Part shown: positions 1 through 13,262 of the stretch, one piece after another | Numbering within the stretch: the stretch's first letter is position 1 | Layout: each line of letters begins with the position of its first letter | Source of the DNA: Octopus vulgaris | Taxonomy: Eukaryota | Assembly (NCBI GenBank): GCA_951406725.2 | Contig: OX597816.1 | Location: 108,748,001-108,812,000 of the forward strand | Direction: 5' to 3' | DNA length: 64,000 bases | Program-made: the position numbers and the translations under genes | The notes under the pieces: model-generated | Seen by the model: the letters and a program-made list of their open reading frames with translations, nothing else | Database searches by the model: none | Told to the model about the DNA's origin: nothing

Positions 1-693
1 TCTGCTGATATACTCAATACCTCTCTCTTGTAATTTTTTCTCTTTATAGTTTATCATATTTTGGCAGTCCTATCTATCAACTTACAAACTTACCCTATAC
101 ACTGAAAAGCAGCTAAAAAAATATCCAGATAACAGGAATCCCAGGAGGGAATTAACATTTTCAGGAATGTAGTACAATTAAATCCAACTAAAGATCCAAT
201 CTTTCGTGATATAGGAGTGATTAAAAAAATTGCTGTTAAGTACATTTATTTCTTTAGGCCAAACAAAAGACTGATGTTCATAAGTAACAAAGGTTGTAGG
301 TTTGGCTAAATTAGTTTTAGTGCATTACTAGGAACCTCTATGTGGTGGGCATTCAGCCTGCTAGAAATACCAGCCAAATATTTTCCAAACCACAATAATG
401 AAAACAAAGGATGTTCTAGATGAATTTTTGATCATAGGTCTGTTTAGTCAAAGGTGATTTGGGGCTAAACACCACCACCACTACCATCACTACCACTACC
501 ATCACTACCACTACCATCACCACCACCATTATTATTATTATTAGCAGCAGCAGCAGAGGCAGCAGCAATGAAGGTAGCAACAGTAAGAGAGCAGAAAGAT
601 AATTGCAATTGGTTCATTCAGAAGATGAGGATGATGAGGTAGAGATCTACTTCCCATCACATCATAAATAGAAAATTAAAACATGTATCTTAC

Positions 694-765
694 CTTCAAT
701 TTATCTATAATCTCTTCCTGTTTTTCTCTCTCATTCAAATGATCATGTTTCTTACTTTCCAAACT
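694..765 (-). CDS. Coding exon 4, 72 bp (SLESKKHDHLNEREKQEEIIDKLK), phase 0 to 0; gene continues past the left edge
   Basis: Acceptor ttttaatttcag, donor AAG|gtaaga; open frame, coiled-coil-like composition. Confidence 0.8.
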
Positions 766-794
766 CTGAAATTAAAATAGGAGGTGAGAGAAAT

Positions 795-796
<2 letters not shown>

Positions 797-833
<37 letters not shown>

Positions 834-851
834 CTGATAATAATAATGCTG

Positions 852-927
<76 letters not shown>

Positions 928-941
928 TAATAATAATGCTG

Positions 942-998
<57 letters not shown>

Positions 999-999
999 C

Positions 1000-1053
<54 letters not shown>

Positions 1054-1090
1054 CAACAACAACAGCCACAACAATAACAATAATAATAGT
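797..1090. repeat. (AAT)n microsatellite with GCT/GAT interruptions
   Basis: Directly visible; source of the poly-I and poly-L ORFs. Confidence 0.97.
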
Positions 1091-1299
1091 AATTATTATT
1101 ATTATTTCTTTTATTTTCTGCCAGGGTGATGAATAAGGCATAATGGGTTGGGGTTTACAAAGAATGAAATGATAAAAAAAAAATGTAGAAAGTATGCGGC
1201 AGGTACAAAATAAGAAAATATACATAGTATACATCAGTTAGAAAAAGGATGAAGATGATGTGATCCTCCTGATACAGGAGGACATCTAGGGACAACCAT

Positions 1300-3900
1300 A
1301 CCCCTCCCCCCCATCCAAGATCTCACTGAACTCCTTGAACTCCAAAGGTAAGTGCCCTCTCCACTTTCTGTTCTCCAACTTACAGGCCTACACTTAGAGC
1401 AGTGTCATCCACTTTGCCATTTTTGCATCTTCCACCCACCTTTCAATAAATTCTGTTGATGATAACACATCCCTCTCAATCTTCCCTTTTCTTTTCAAAT
1501 GAACCTTGAAGAAGTCAATGAGGAATCAACCAAAGAAGAAGAATGGCTCTGTCCTCATACCTTTCAGCCTTGATCACCAGATAAAGGAAAAATGCTTTAC
1601 CTGTCCTATTAGACAAAGGCAGTGGGGCAATCATAACTAAGGCATTGGCTGATAGATGAATCTGTCTCACATGCAACAGCAGCTGTTCAACATAACTTCA
1701 CAAGACAGCAATGCATAGACATTGAACAAGTGTGTGAAGAATAGTTTTGTTGCTCTGCGAATACCTCAGACAAGCCCACCTTTAGTTCCTTTGTGTGTGA
1801 CTATGCAGCCTTCATGTTTCAACTGAAAAAAATGTTCAAGGGTCATTTTCACAGCTAGCACATCAGTCACTATGCCTTTACTAAACACCTCTTCTAGGTT
1901 GCTCATGAGTTTTCCCCTCTAATCTATTTCTTTCTACAGCTAGTTCTTTGCTAAATACTATTGATTCTATCCTCTTTAGGGTGGCCAGCTGTTGACAGTT
2001 GCCCCTATCAACTACTGCTTGACTTGTTCACTAATCCAGTCCCTGTAGTCTTTGCAAGCTGGGAAGGATGCACCCAACTTCCAATATCTGGATCCTTGTC
2101 TATTAGTCTTACTAAATTGACTGTGCAGATCACAAATTTGTGGTCTGTGTTGCTGACTAGTTTAATCTGTGGACATCCCCTGCTATCCCTATCTACAGAC
2201 CTAATAAATACTCTATTGTGATCTGGATGACCTGCTGTCCACACTGGCACTTCAGGGAAATCCTGTCAATACCTGGCAGACAGTTGGAAACAGGTTTTTG
2301 AGGCGTTTGCATTCCCTTCTGCTATACACTAACCCAACACAATCATTCTGTGCATTCAATGTACAATTCCAGCTTTCCACTAGTACTACAGTATGAGACA
2401 TTTCCAGGAATGTTTCTGGACACCTGAAGAAATCTGGCCTTCCAGCTCCTATTGGGGCATAAATGACCACCAGAGTAAATGCATCACCTTCACTGCCATT
2501 CACACCTGGGACCACTAGTCTACTGACAATGTCCAAGAAGATTGCCTTTATTTTGAGATTTATGGACTTTTGGAATAGCACTGCTACCCTGCTACCCACT
2601 TACAACAGACCACAAGTTAGGAATATCTCAGCTGTTGAATATGGGTGCTCATGTGTGCATACTAAAAATCCTGGTCTTGCTGATGGTGTAGCCATTTAGG
2701 CTAGAGAAAAGAAAATGAAATTATTTTACCTTTATCTTTGTGGATGGCTGTTGAAACAGCCTTCTTTTTGGTTGAGGAGGGAGCGGGGAAAATTTTCTCT
2801 AGTAAGCTGTTTTGGGGTACTTACTTAACTGATGTCCTGGGGGAATTTCTCTTTTAAGTCCAGATACATATTGACATTAATTTGTATTAGTATTCTGTTT
2901 GATGGTGTTTTTGGAAGGCGTTCAGCAAAACCTACCCCTCTTGTTGAAATATTTTTGTTGTTAGTTACTCTACTGAACAACAGTGAAATTGATAAAGGAA
3001 AAGGTTATATGAATGGGTGACTGTTGGTCATTTTGTAGTTTGGGTGTTTCTTTTTTGTTTACATGATTTTTTAAAATTCATTTGTGGTTGTGAAAGTAAT
3101 TGTAAAAGTTGGTCCTCTTGTTCTGGTGGTGTTGATTTTATAACAAATTTTCTATATCACCATCATATCTTATTACTGTCTCCAGTTTGGGCCAACCTCT
3201 ATTTATTTGAGTTTGAGTCTTTCTTTCATCCTCAACAAAGGCCTTGTGGTGAGATTTCAACTAAACCCTCTCATAACAAGATATTTGCTTCTGTGAAGCC
3301 TTAGTCAGAGGAAAGGGGCAGAAGTGTGCTAATTTTTCTGTCTTCACCTACTGTTTGAAGAAGGGATTTTTCCTGTGGAGTTGGTAATAATGGTGGAGAG
3401 CATTCTGCTTTCTCCACCATGGGTTAAAAGGCTTTGAGGTAGTTTGAATTCCCACACATGAAACATTTAGGTGTCCTTCTCTCTATAAACAATGGTATCT
3501 GCTCATATTCCCCGAAACAAGGAAAAATCAGGAATGTGATTGATTTCTTATGGAGAAACCAGTATCTGAAATTCCATTGTAATTCTAGTCCTCTTGATGT
3601 TATGGGGTGGACTTCACCAACACAATCTTGCCATGCTCTTCCAGAATGGCTAAGACTCTTGCCAGAACTTGATGAACCAGTATGATCTTGACTTGAATTC
3701 AAGTCAACCTTTCACCCATATAATGGGGAATTGCATGTAATTGTCTGTGAAGTGCAATTAATTGTTACCATTCTTTAGGCTCCTTGCATATAGCAGCTAC
3801 TGTCATGTACTGTTTTCCTTTGTATATATGTAACACTGAGGGCCACACACCTAGGTGACATTTTTCAGTTTCTGCCAGAGCAGGAAATTTAAGTTTTCTC
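1300..3900 (-). mobile_element. Decayed Tx1/L1-like non-LTR retrotransposon, RT domain deleted
   Basis: ORF1 remnant with degenerate zinc knuckle (RRTPKCFMCGNSNYLKAF); APE endonuclease remnants (LVVIYAP, WNCTL, RVFIRS..TDHKFV); ORF2 C-terminus (SYVEQLL..., FIERWV). Many stops and frameshifts. Confidence 0.75.
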
Positions 3901-5104
3901 TCCTTGTGAAAATCTTATGACTTTGAGATTTTGATGATGTGATTGTATATTTTTAGCTTGATATTGTAGATTAAGTGTCAGAAGCTGGATCTAGCCAGTT
4001 TGAACATGAAACATGTAGGATATTTTGCCAGGATATGGCTGGTTTAAATGCTAAAGAGTTAATTCACATGTCGAGGTTAGATACTCATGCTTAGATACAA
4101 TTACTTCCAACATTACATGCTCAATAGATGCCACCATGCATCCCACGCTTGAACCTGTAATTTCTGAAATCCTACCAGCTGCCCACTGGGATGATTCTGC
4201 TTTACAAAGACTGTGGTCTATAGAGCCACCCTCACACCAACCAGTGACCTTACAAGACACTACACTGGCATGATGCACTTTAAGGAAAGATACACACTAC
4301 ACATGCACTCCTTCAGGTGTAGGGATAGGGAAAATGTCACCTCTCTGTTCTGCTTCATTTGAAGATGCTGGTATCACTTCCCCAACATCACACGGAGCAT
4401 ATACGATAAGGCAACCTCCTTACTCACCTGGGGCTTGTAATTGCCAACTCTGCCTCCATAAGAAACTGCACATACTGCACCAGCCTGCAGTATCTATTAA
4501 TAGAAGAAAAAAATGACCTATCTTATTGTTGCCACCAGATGTGTACCCTGTTAATAATCTTCAAAGCATTGACTGCTGATAACCCGTATATTCTGGCCTA
4601 GGCGTAGTTGGCCCATATATAATGATAGGATAAACAAACTACTACTGCCCAATTAGGTTACAGTCTACTATAACTCATGTCAGTCATGCAAATTTATATA
4701 TAACCTGACACCATCAAATTAGTTATCTCCCTTCGTGATAACTATTGTCACTGAAATAACAAACTTTACAGATTGATGATGACATTTTGTCACTTCAGTC
4801 ATATGCAGTATTCAATGTAAAGAGCTGATATATCTGAAATATCACATTCTACAGAATGCTAACAAAATGACACCAATATCCTGTCTGATTCACCACATGG
4901 ACCTATCAAGAAAATAACTGATGCTGCTATGATAGCGAAAGTAAGTACATCACCTGAACTTACTATGAAGGCTTAAATACTTTCCCTCAAAAGGTCTTTT
5001 AAATTCTCTTCACTTCACCTCGAAACATTTGATGATGTGGACATTATGTGCACCCCCAAAAATTTAAGAAATGTGGAACTGAATCAAACTATCACTGTGT
5101 GTGT

Positions 5105-5143
<39 letters not shown>

Positions 5144-6167
5144 CACATGTGCATGTGTGTGTGCATATGTATGTATGTCTGTCTGTCTGTCTGTATGTAT
5201 GTGTGTGTCTGACAAGTCTTCTTGAACATGGTATATTGCCAAAGGTGATACAAACATACACGCGCACATACACACACTTGTTTATGGCTGGCTCTTAGAG
5301 CTTCTGGGAACTAATTTACACACAAGACATTGGTTGCTCAATATGAGGTCTTCATAGAAGACACCTGATCATAGTACCTTGCATTGGATATGAACCCTAA
5401 ACTACATAGGTATGAAGTGTACTTCTTAACCACATGTCCATGCCTGTCTGTATTTTCAAATGGCTGTACAACCTAAGATCAGCCTTCATCACTTTCTCCC
5501 TTGTATTTATTGATCTTCCTCCTCTATAAGTGCTTTCCACTTATATCATTTGGAACTCATTTGTACAACTGTTATATACGTCATATGGCATTTTATCTAC
5601 TGGTTTTGCTGATTCTGCCAAATCCACCACACTTCATGTCTGATGAAATTATAGCAATGTTACTGTCTATCAAAAAAGATTCAATGAAATTATACTAAAA
5701 AATAATAAATAACAGCAAAAAACAACATTCATTTTAAATTCAATAGATGCAGTTAATCCAATTAGATATCTAGTAAGCTTCGTTAATCAGTTAATGCTGA
5801 TCACATTCTCAACAAGGCTGAATATCTTAATCGACAAATGACATAATTCCTGTTCAAAAGGTCAACATGTCCTAATTTATGGATGTTGCAATTTTAAACC
5901 TAGCTCTTCCTAACCATCACTCAAAAATACAAAAGTTGAAATTTAATTTAATACTGACGTTCTTGATTGAAGGCGGATGATGTTAGATACATACACATAC
6001 ATATATGTGTAGGTGCATGTGCACACACATACACTCACAAAACATGGTTTCAGACTCAATTACACAGTATGATACCTTGGGCAAGTGTCTTCTACTTTAG
6101 CTCTAGGCTGACTAAAGCCATGAGGGTAGATTTGGTAGATAGAAACTGAAAGAAGCCTGTTAGATGC

Positions 6168-6219
<52 letters not shown>

Positions 6220-6816
6220 ATATATATGTATATGTGTGTGCATATATGTATGTGTGCATATATATGTATATCTATCAGTCGATCAAACTATGTGTATGAA
6301 CATGGACACACGAACATACACACCTACTCACACACAGACACATGCACACTCAGGCCCAAGCATGACTGTTTGATTTAGAAATTTGACTAGATACCCATGG
6401 CTTTGGGTTCTGTTCTACTGTGTGTCACTTGCCCAAAGTGTCACACAGTGTGGCTTGTGAGTGGATGTAGTAGACAAAAACTGAAAGAAGCCCTGACTGT
6501 AGTCCAATGACTGAAACAAATAACTGATAATATATATATATATATATATAGGAAGTTATAAAGTGGTGCACAAGCACTCAGCAGAAACAGCTATAAGCTA
6601 ATGAAGATGATTATATAATTCCTGTTCCCTTGTCATTTATCTAATTTCATATTACATTTAGCATTTGCCTAATGCTTCATTCTGAAGTATAGACATATTG
6701 AATTCAAACACTAGATTATTAGTTTTACTATGCCTATGCAAAATGTTTATATATATATATTTTTTATTTTTTCATTTTTATTTAGTTTCAGCTCACAAGC
6801 TGTGGCCATGCTGGGG

Positions 6817-6850
<34 letters not shown>

Positions 6851-7109
6851 GTGAGAATTTACAAAAAAATAAAAGACAAAGATGGGTGTGTAAACAACAA
6901 ACAGATGTATTAGTTTAACGCTTGGGAAGTGAGAAAGTCTTTTATGTAGGAACACAGAAATAAACAGGGAGAGAAAATAGAAACGGTTTAGTGGTTAGTG
7001 ATCTATCATGTATGTATAAGCATACGTACATACAAGCATACATGCATACATGCATGCATACATACATAGATATATACATACACACATAAAATATTGTTAA
7101 AGAACAAGA

Positions 7110-8640
7110 AAAGTCAGTCCTCCAAACCCAAAACCTGTGCCTCAATAGTCTCTCTATCTCCCCCATTCCACACAAAGAATGTTACAAGTACCTAGGCATA
7201 GACCAAAATGTATCATATGAAAGCACTGTGAATAATGATAGAGTAACCCAAGAATGTTTCACCAGACTTAGGAAAATATGGCAGTAGGAACTCTCTTCTT
7301 ATGACAAAACAATATCCCTCAATGCATTTGCAGTAGCAGTGCTGAGCCCAACATTCGGGATACTTGATTGGTCTGTAGAGGAACTCCACTCCATAAATAT
7401 CAAAACTTACAAAATCCTGACAACAACTAGAAACTTCTACAGAAACAGTTATGTTGACAGGCTCTACCTAAGAAGAAATGAAGGTGGTAGAGGCTGAGAT
7501 CAGTGTAGACAGCCTTCCAATGCCATATGGCATCAGTCAGGCAGCACCTGCTAAACAACAGCAGCAAAAGTAAATATATAAATGCAGTGCTGAAAAGTGA
7601 AGTAAGCAACACTGTATGAATTGTCAGCGAGCTCCTCAAGAAGCACTCTCTTCCTGGTGATCTCCTATACAGCCCCAAAACAGCTGGGCTCTCTTACCTC
7701 AGGGAAGACCTGGATGGAAAGTACTCAACATACAAAAAAAAAAATATGCATGGGCATGTTGCCCAGAAGCTTGAAGAAGACAGTAAAATTGACATGAAGT
7801 GCAGCCTTTCTAGGTCACAAGACCACTACATCACATCACACTTTGAAGGCTATGCATTTGCAATACAGGAACAAGAGATTGCCACAAAGTACCTGGGGAA
7901 CAAGAGAGACAGTGATACTCTTGTAATCCCAAGGTGTAACTGCATGTGTAAGCTATGTCATGTTTCTGTGGAAGACATCATGCATGTGATTAGCAGCTGT
8001 CCTAAAATGTTGTCATGGTACTACCTCCCTATGCAGCATGATGTTGTTGCCAAAACAATTTATAATGCCATCTGCAAAGAAGACTGTCCTGAAATAAACT
8101 TAGAAAATCCCTCTAAGATGGAATACATTCATAAACACCATCTCAAGGAATACTGTTGGAATATTCCCATCAAAACTTCTGTCAAATGTAAACATAACAG
8201 ATTGGATATTGTTGTTTGGGAGAGAGGGGCAAAGGTATGTGCCATCATAGAGGTCAGCTGCTCTGTAGATATAAATATCTCTTTGAAAATCAAAGAGAAA
8301 GAAGATATCTATGGATAACTGCTACGAAACCTCCAGTTTCTATATCCAGACTATGAATTCATATTCATACCAATAATAACTGGAGCAGTAGATTTCATTA
8401 GAAAATGCTTAAAGGAGAATCTGGATAAACTGGGATATTCAGAAAAAGAAACTGAGCAGCTAGTTCGTACATTACAAGTGCAATCTGTGAGTGGAACAGT
8501 AAAAATATGCAAGACTTTTCTCAAGTTCCAAATATGAATTTGTCTGTGTTAACTACATCCCAAAGATGGAGCCTTGTATCTTTGTTGGAAACTGGCTCCC
8601 TCCTCAGTGGAAGACTTACAATGATTAAAAAATAGAAGGG
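7110..8640 (+). mobile_element. 5'-truncated R4/Dong-like (restriction-like endonuclease) non-LTR retrotransposon
   Basis: YKYLG and DRLYLRRNEGGRG RT C-terminal motifs; CKLC..H....C knuckle; QHD (RHD motif); HNRLDIVVW..IIEVSC..K.KEK endonuclease; stop near 8537. Confidence 0.85.
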
Positions 8641-9029
8641 ACATAAAACATCAAATGACTTTTGAAACCATACAAACCTTTTCTTTATTAACATTTGACA
8701 TCACATGATAATTGTAAATGGGTCACTGTTATACAAATGGTGCTATTCATTTCCAGTCTTCTGAAAAACATGTCATGTCTTAGGGAAATATTATATTTCC
8801 TGGAAACAAGTGAGAGTTGGTAACAAGAAGGGCACCCAGTCATAGAAAACCTGTCTCAATGAATTCCATCTGACCCATGCAATCATGGAGAAGTAGACGT
8901 TAAGATCGAACTTGCAAGACCAGGTTCCACACCAGGTTCCAGTTGTCTATTTTGGCATGCTTTCTACAGCTGGATGCTCTTCCCAAACCAACCACTTTGC
9001 AGTGTGTACTGGGTGCTTTTTATATGACA

Positions 9030-9290
9030 CTAGCATCTGTGCTTTTTATGTGTTACTATCATGCATGGCACAATCACCAATGCTTTTTACATGGCATCAT
9101 CATTAGTGTTTTTTGTGGCATCACCACCAGTGCTTTTTATGTGGAATGGAACCATCACCAATGCTTTTTATGTGGTACTAACACCAGTATTTTTATGTGC
9201 CCCCCCCCATCACTAGTTCTTTTTTGTGTGGAACCATCATAAATGCTTTTATGTGGTACCAACACCAGTGTTTTTTTATGTGACACCAGT
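9030..9290. repeat. ~23-bp minisatellite amplified from an RTE 3'UTR subrepeat
   Basis: About ten units of tgctttttatgtggca..catcacca, within an RTE-UTR-like context. Confidence 0.8.
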
Positions 9291-11443
9291 GCTGACAGGG
9301 TCACCAAGTACTTTGCATGATAATGTTTATGTGTGTGTCTTTGTGTTTGTGTTTCTCACTCCCTACCACTTCACAATGGTGTTAGTTTGTTTATCCCTGT
9401 AACTTAGTATTTCAACAAAAAGAACCAGATAAATACCCAAGCTTAAAAATAAGTACTGGAGTTGCTTTGTTCAATAAAACCCTTCAAGGTGGTGTCCCAG
9501 AATGGTTGCACCCTATTGAGGGAAACATGTAAAAGAAATAAAAGAATACATAAGTAGACAGGGTATGATCTGTGTGGTACCTTGCCTTCTTTTTTTAGCA
9601 AATCAAGCAATGGAAGTGAAGCCTCACCTCCCTCTACCTACATGGCTTGACATGATTGTAGTTCTTGAGTTGTTGTAAACATTACCTGATTCTATAAGGA
9701 TATGACCGAAATAAACTCTCCAACAATGTGCAAATAATAATTATGAGATGTGTGTGTGTAGCTCAAATCAAACTTCTCTGATGGTTGGCTGCCATCAAAC
9801 GTCAAGTAATTTGAGGAAAAAACAAAAAAACAAAAAAACGTAGCCTCCAGGATGGTTAATTTGTATCACTAACACTTCCAGTAGAACTAATCCTCTTTCA
9901 TGCATGAGCTGATATAATTGTCTCAGATTGCAATGGTTGTTGGATATTGAAATCAATAACGAAAAGGTAACAACAACAACAGCAGCAGCAGCCACAATAA
10001 CAACAACAATAACAAATGACAATGATGATGTTGACAACACATAAAACGACTACAACTGAAACTGACAGAAATACCACCACCACCACCCGTCATCATCATT
10101 ATTACATTCAACAACAGCAACAACAACAATAGCAAAAGGTATTGTTTCAGTAAGATTAATACTACATATGCTATTGCACCAATATAATAAAAACATACCA
10201 GTGCTTTCAATTACCATTACAGACCAATGTGGGAGTCTTTATGCAGTTGTCAGTCAGCCTGCTAGAAATAGCAGTCTATTACAATACCTCAAAGTACATT
10301 GTACTGTCTTACAAAAGGAATGAATATATTAGGTAATGTGATCCTACAGACTCATAAAAGAAAACAAAATGACCGTGGCTGGAAGGTTCTTATTAGACCT
10401 GACCTCAGGCAAAACAACCACCACATAAGATGGGATGGTCATTACTAGAATAACTTTGATCTTTGTTTTGCTTAACCAGGGCTGGCTTGAGGCTACTAAA
10501 CAACCACAATTAAAGATGAGATTATCATAGCTCAAACGTGAGTGCTTTGCGAATATATCTCTTTGATCAGGACTGACCTGAGGCTAATCAACAACAACAA
10601 CAACAACAGCAGCAGCAACCACAGTAGCCGCAGCAGCCACAGCAGAAGCAGCAGCTGTTCAAGAATTTGGACCTGGAGATCCCCATTTCCAGTGACTTCG
10701 AGGGCCACCTCCCAGTGGTGTTGGGCATCAACAAAGAGCCCTCGACTACAACAAGACAACCAAAGATTTTTTTTCATTTTTCCAAGGTCTGGGGTCTCCC
10801 GCCCCTAAGCCCTAGACCATCACCTAATCACCCTTACCCTTCTTGTTGCTTAACAAAAACAGCAGCAGCAGCAGCAGTAACAACAACAACAACAGCAACA
10901 ACAAGAACACTACCACTACAACCACTGCATGGCACTTTTGGCAAGTGCCTTCTACTATAGCCCTGGTCTGATCAAATACTTGTAAGTATGTGTAGCAGAC
11001 AGAAACTGAAAGAATCCTATTATATCATCATTATTTAATGTCCATTTTCCAAGCTGGCATGGGTTGGATGGTTTGACAGGAACTGACAAAGGCAGAAGCC
11101 TCATTAAGTTCCACACTAGGTTCCATTGTCTGTTTTGGTATGGTTTCTAGAGCTGGATATCCTTCCAAACCCCAACCACTTTACAGAATGTAATGGGTAC
11201 TTTGTATGTGGGACCAGTACCAACAAGGTCATCAAGTATTACTACCACTACAACCAATCCCACTGCTCCCTAATTTTAGACTTTAAATACTCCGAGTTTT
11301 TGTTCGCAAACTTTAGGGATAATATCTTTTGGTCAATGTTTTTCATCTCACTATATTGGGAAACTCTCCCCTACCCTATTTTTATTTGCTTGTGGAACTC
11401 TTCCAGTGTTACTTTCTGATTAACCCTTTGTTACTGTATTTCT

Positions 11444-11825
11444 TATTTCTTTATTGCTCACAAGGGGCTAAACACAGAGGGGACAAACAAGGACAGACAA
11501 AGGGATTAAGTCGATTACATTGATCGCAGTGCATAACTGGTACTTAATTTATCGACCCCGAAAGGATGAAAGGTAAAGTCGATGTTGGCGGAATTTGAAC
11601 TCAGAACGTAACAGCAGACAAAATACCTATTTCTTTACTACCCACAACGGGCTAAACACAGAGAGGACAAACAAGGACAGACAAACGGATTAAGTCAATT
11701 ACATCTCGAAAGGATGAAAGGCAAAGTCGACCTTGGCGGAATTTGAACTCAGAACGTAACGGCAGACGAAATACGGCTACGCATTTCGCCCGGCATGCTA
11801 ATGTTTCTGCCAGCTCACTGCCTTA
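11444..11825 (-). mobile_element. SINE dimer nested in a piggyBac-like MITE
   Basis: Two units; TSD-like ttgttac(t/a)gtatttct on both sides. Confidence 0.8.
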
Positions 11826-11867
11826 ACTTGTTACAGTATTTCTGTTGATATATACTGTCTTTAACTT

Positions 11868-12080
11868 TTATCTTTTCCTTGTTTCAGGTATTGGACTGTG
11901 GCCATGCTAGGGCACCACCTTGAAGAATCTTTAGTTGAATAAATCAACTCTTTACAGTGTTTTGTTTTTACTTATCCTATCAATCTCTTTTACTGAACTG
12001 CTATGTTATGGGGATGTAAACAGACCAACACTGGTTGTCAAGTGGTGGAGGCAGGTGCAAGTACAGACTCAAAGACACAC

Positions 12081-12116
<36 letters not shown>

Positions 12117-12277
12117 CAAGCTTCTTTCAGGTTCCGTCTACCAAATCCACTGACAAGGCTTTGGTCAGACTAAGGCTATAGTAGAAGACACTTGCCCAAG
12201 GTGCTATGCAGTGGGACTGGACCTGGAATCATGTGATTAGGAAGCAAGCTTCTTGCCACACAGCCACGCCTGCATCT
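11868..12277 (-). mobile_element. Second tRNA-derived SINE family; many other copies, e.g. 34220-34570, 40460-40800, 49735-50130, 59230-59590
   Basis: gaagacacttgcccaaggtg..cagtgggactg..cacagccacgcctgc head and gtggccatgct..caccaccttgaag tail. Confidence 0.8.
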
Positions 12278-13189
12278 GCTTCACTTAATTTTGAAAATAA
12301 TGAAGAATTTTGCAAAATAATTTCGTCATTATCATTGATGGGGTGCTTGGAACATAAATTAACAAGAAAAATTGATGGGATTTGGTTTCATATTACCAAG
12401 AGCTGTTTCAGGCAGTTTATTATCAAAAGGGTTAATGAAACTAATTTGGTTGTTAGTTTCAGCAGGTCAACCAATTACAAGAAAGCACCTATATTGGTTA
12501 TTTCCAATGTCCTAATTTCTCCACATTTAATCTCAAGTGCAGAAATTTGCTTTTTAACAAACACTACGTAAATTTTTATTACATATATATATGAATTAGT
12601 AAGCTTGTATAATTACATCGTCAATGAATCTCATTTCTCAGTATACTCAATCTTTTTTATGAATGGTTTTATATACTAAGTTGGTTACGGGGTTAGTAGG
12701 CAATAGAGAAAAATATATAATAGGTGATAATAGCGAAAAAATAAAATCTCAGAAATGTGCAGAGTAGTCTCCCTTGCTTTGTTCAGCCAGCTAATTTTAG
12801 CGCACTGCTAATATTTTTCTTTCTAATTAGGCCTAATGTGGTTATGGCAAGACCCCCCCCCCCCCAAAAAAAAAATCCACCCTTAAAACAAATTTTTTTT
12901 CGACACCCTCCCCCCTTTTCGGCTACGGGGAATACGAATCTGCAAAAAAAATTGACAAAAATTGACATTTCTAAATTATCACCCCACCCCCATTTTCTTC
13001 ATTTTAAACTTTTTTCACAATTTTTCTTTTCAAAATATGCGGAAAAATACGGAGATTATGATTCTGTAAAAAATTTTCAAAAATCTTAGTAAAATTTTTT
13101 TTTAAGAATTTTTTTTTCTAAATATGCAGAAAAATACAGACATCATGATTCGGACAAAAATTTCAAAACATTTCTGTAATTACAATTAT

Positions 13190-13262
13190 GGTTTTAGGGT
13201 TAGGGTTACGTTTAGGGTTAGGGTTAGAGTTTTAGGGTTAGGGTTAGCACTTTAGGGTTAGT
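13190..13262 (+). repeat. Interstitial telomere-like (TTAGGG)n repeats
   Basis: ttagggttagggttacgtttagggttagggttagagttttagggttagggttagc. Confidence 0.85.

Noticed and set aside
752-1234. Poly-Ile/poly-Leu ORFs, and all [16 protein letters not shown] ORFs across the window
   Set aside because: Translations of (AAT)n, (CA)n, (TA)n and (AG)n microsatellites.
4855-4940. Plus-strand exon-like segment (ctacag ... gtaagt)
   Set aside because: Stop codons in all three frames and no partner exons found.
9030-9290. Regularly spaced repeats superficially like a CRISPR array
   Set aside because: No unique spacers, eukaryotic context, derived from a LINE 3'UTR.
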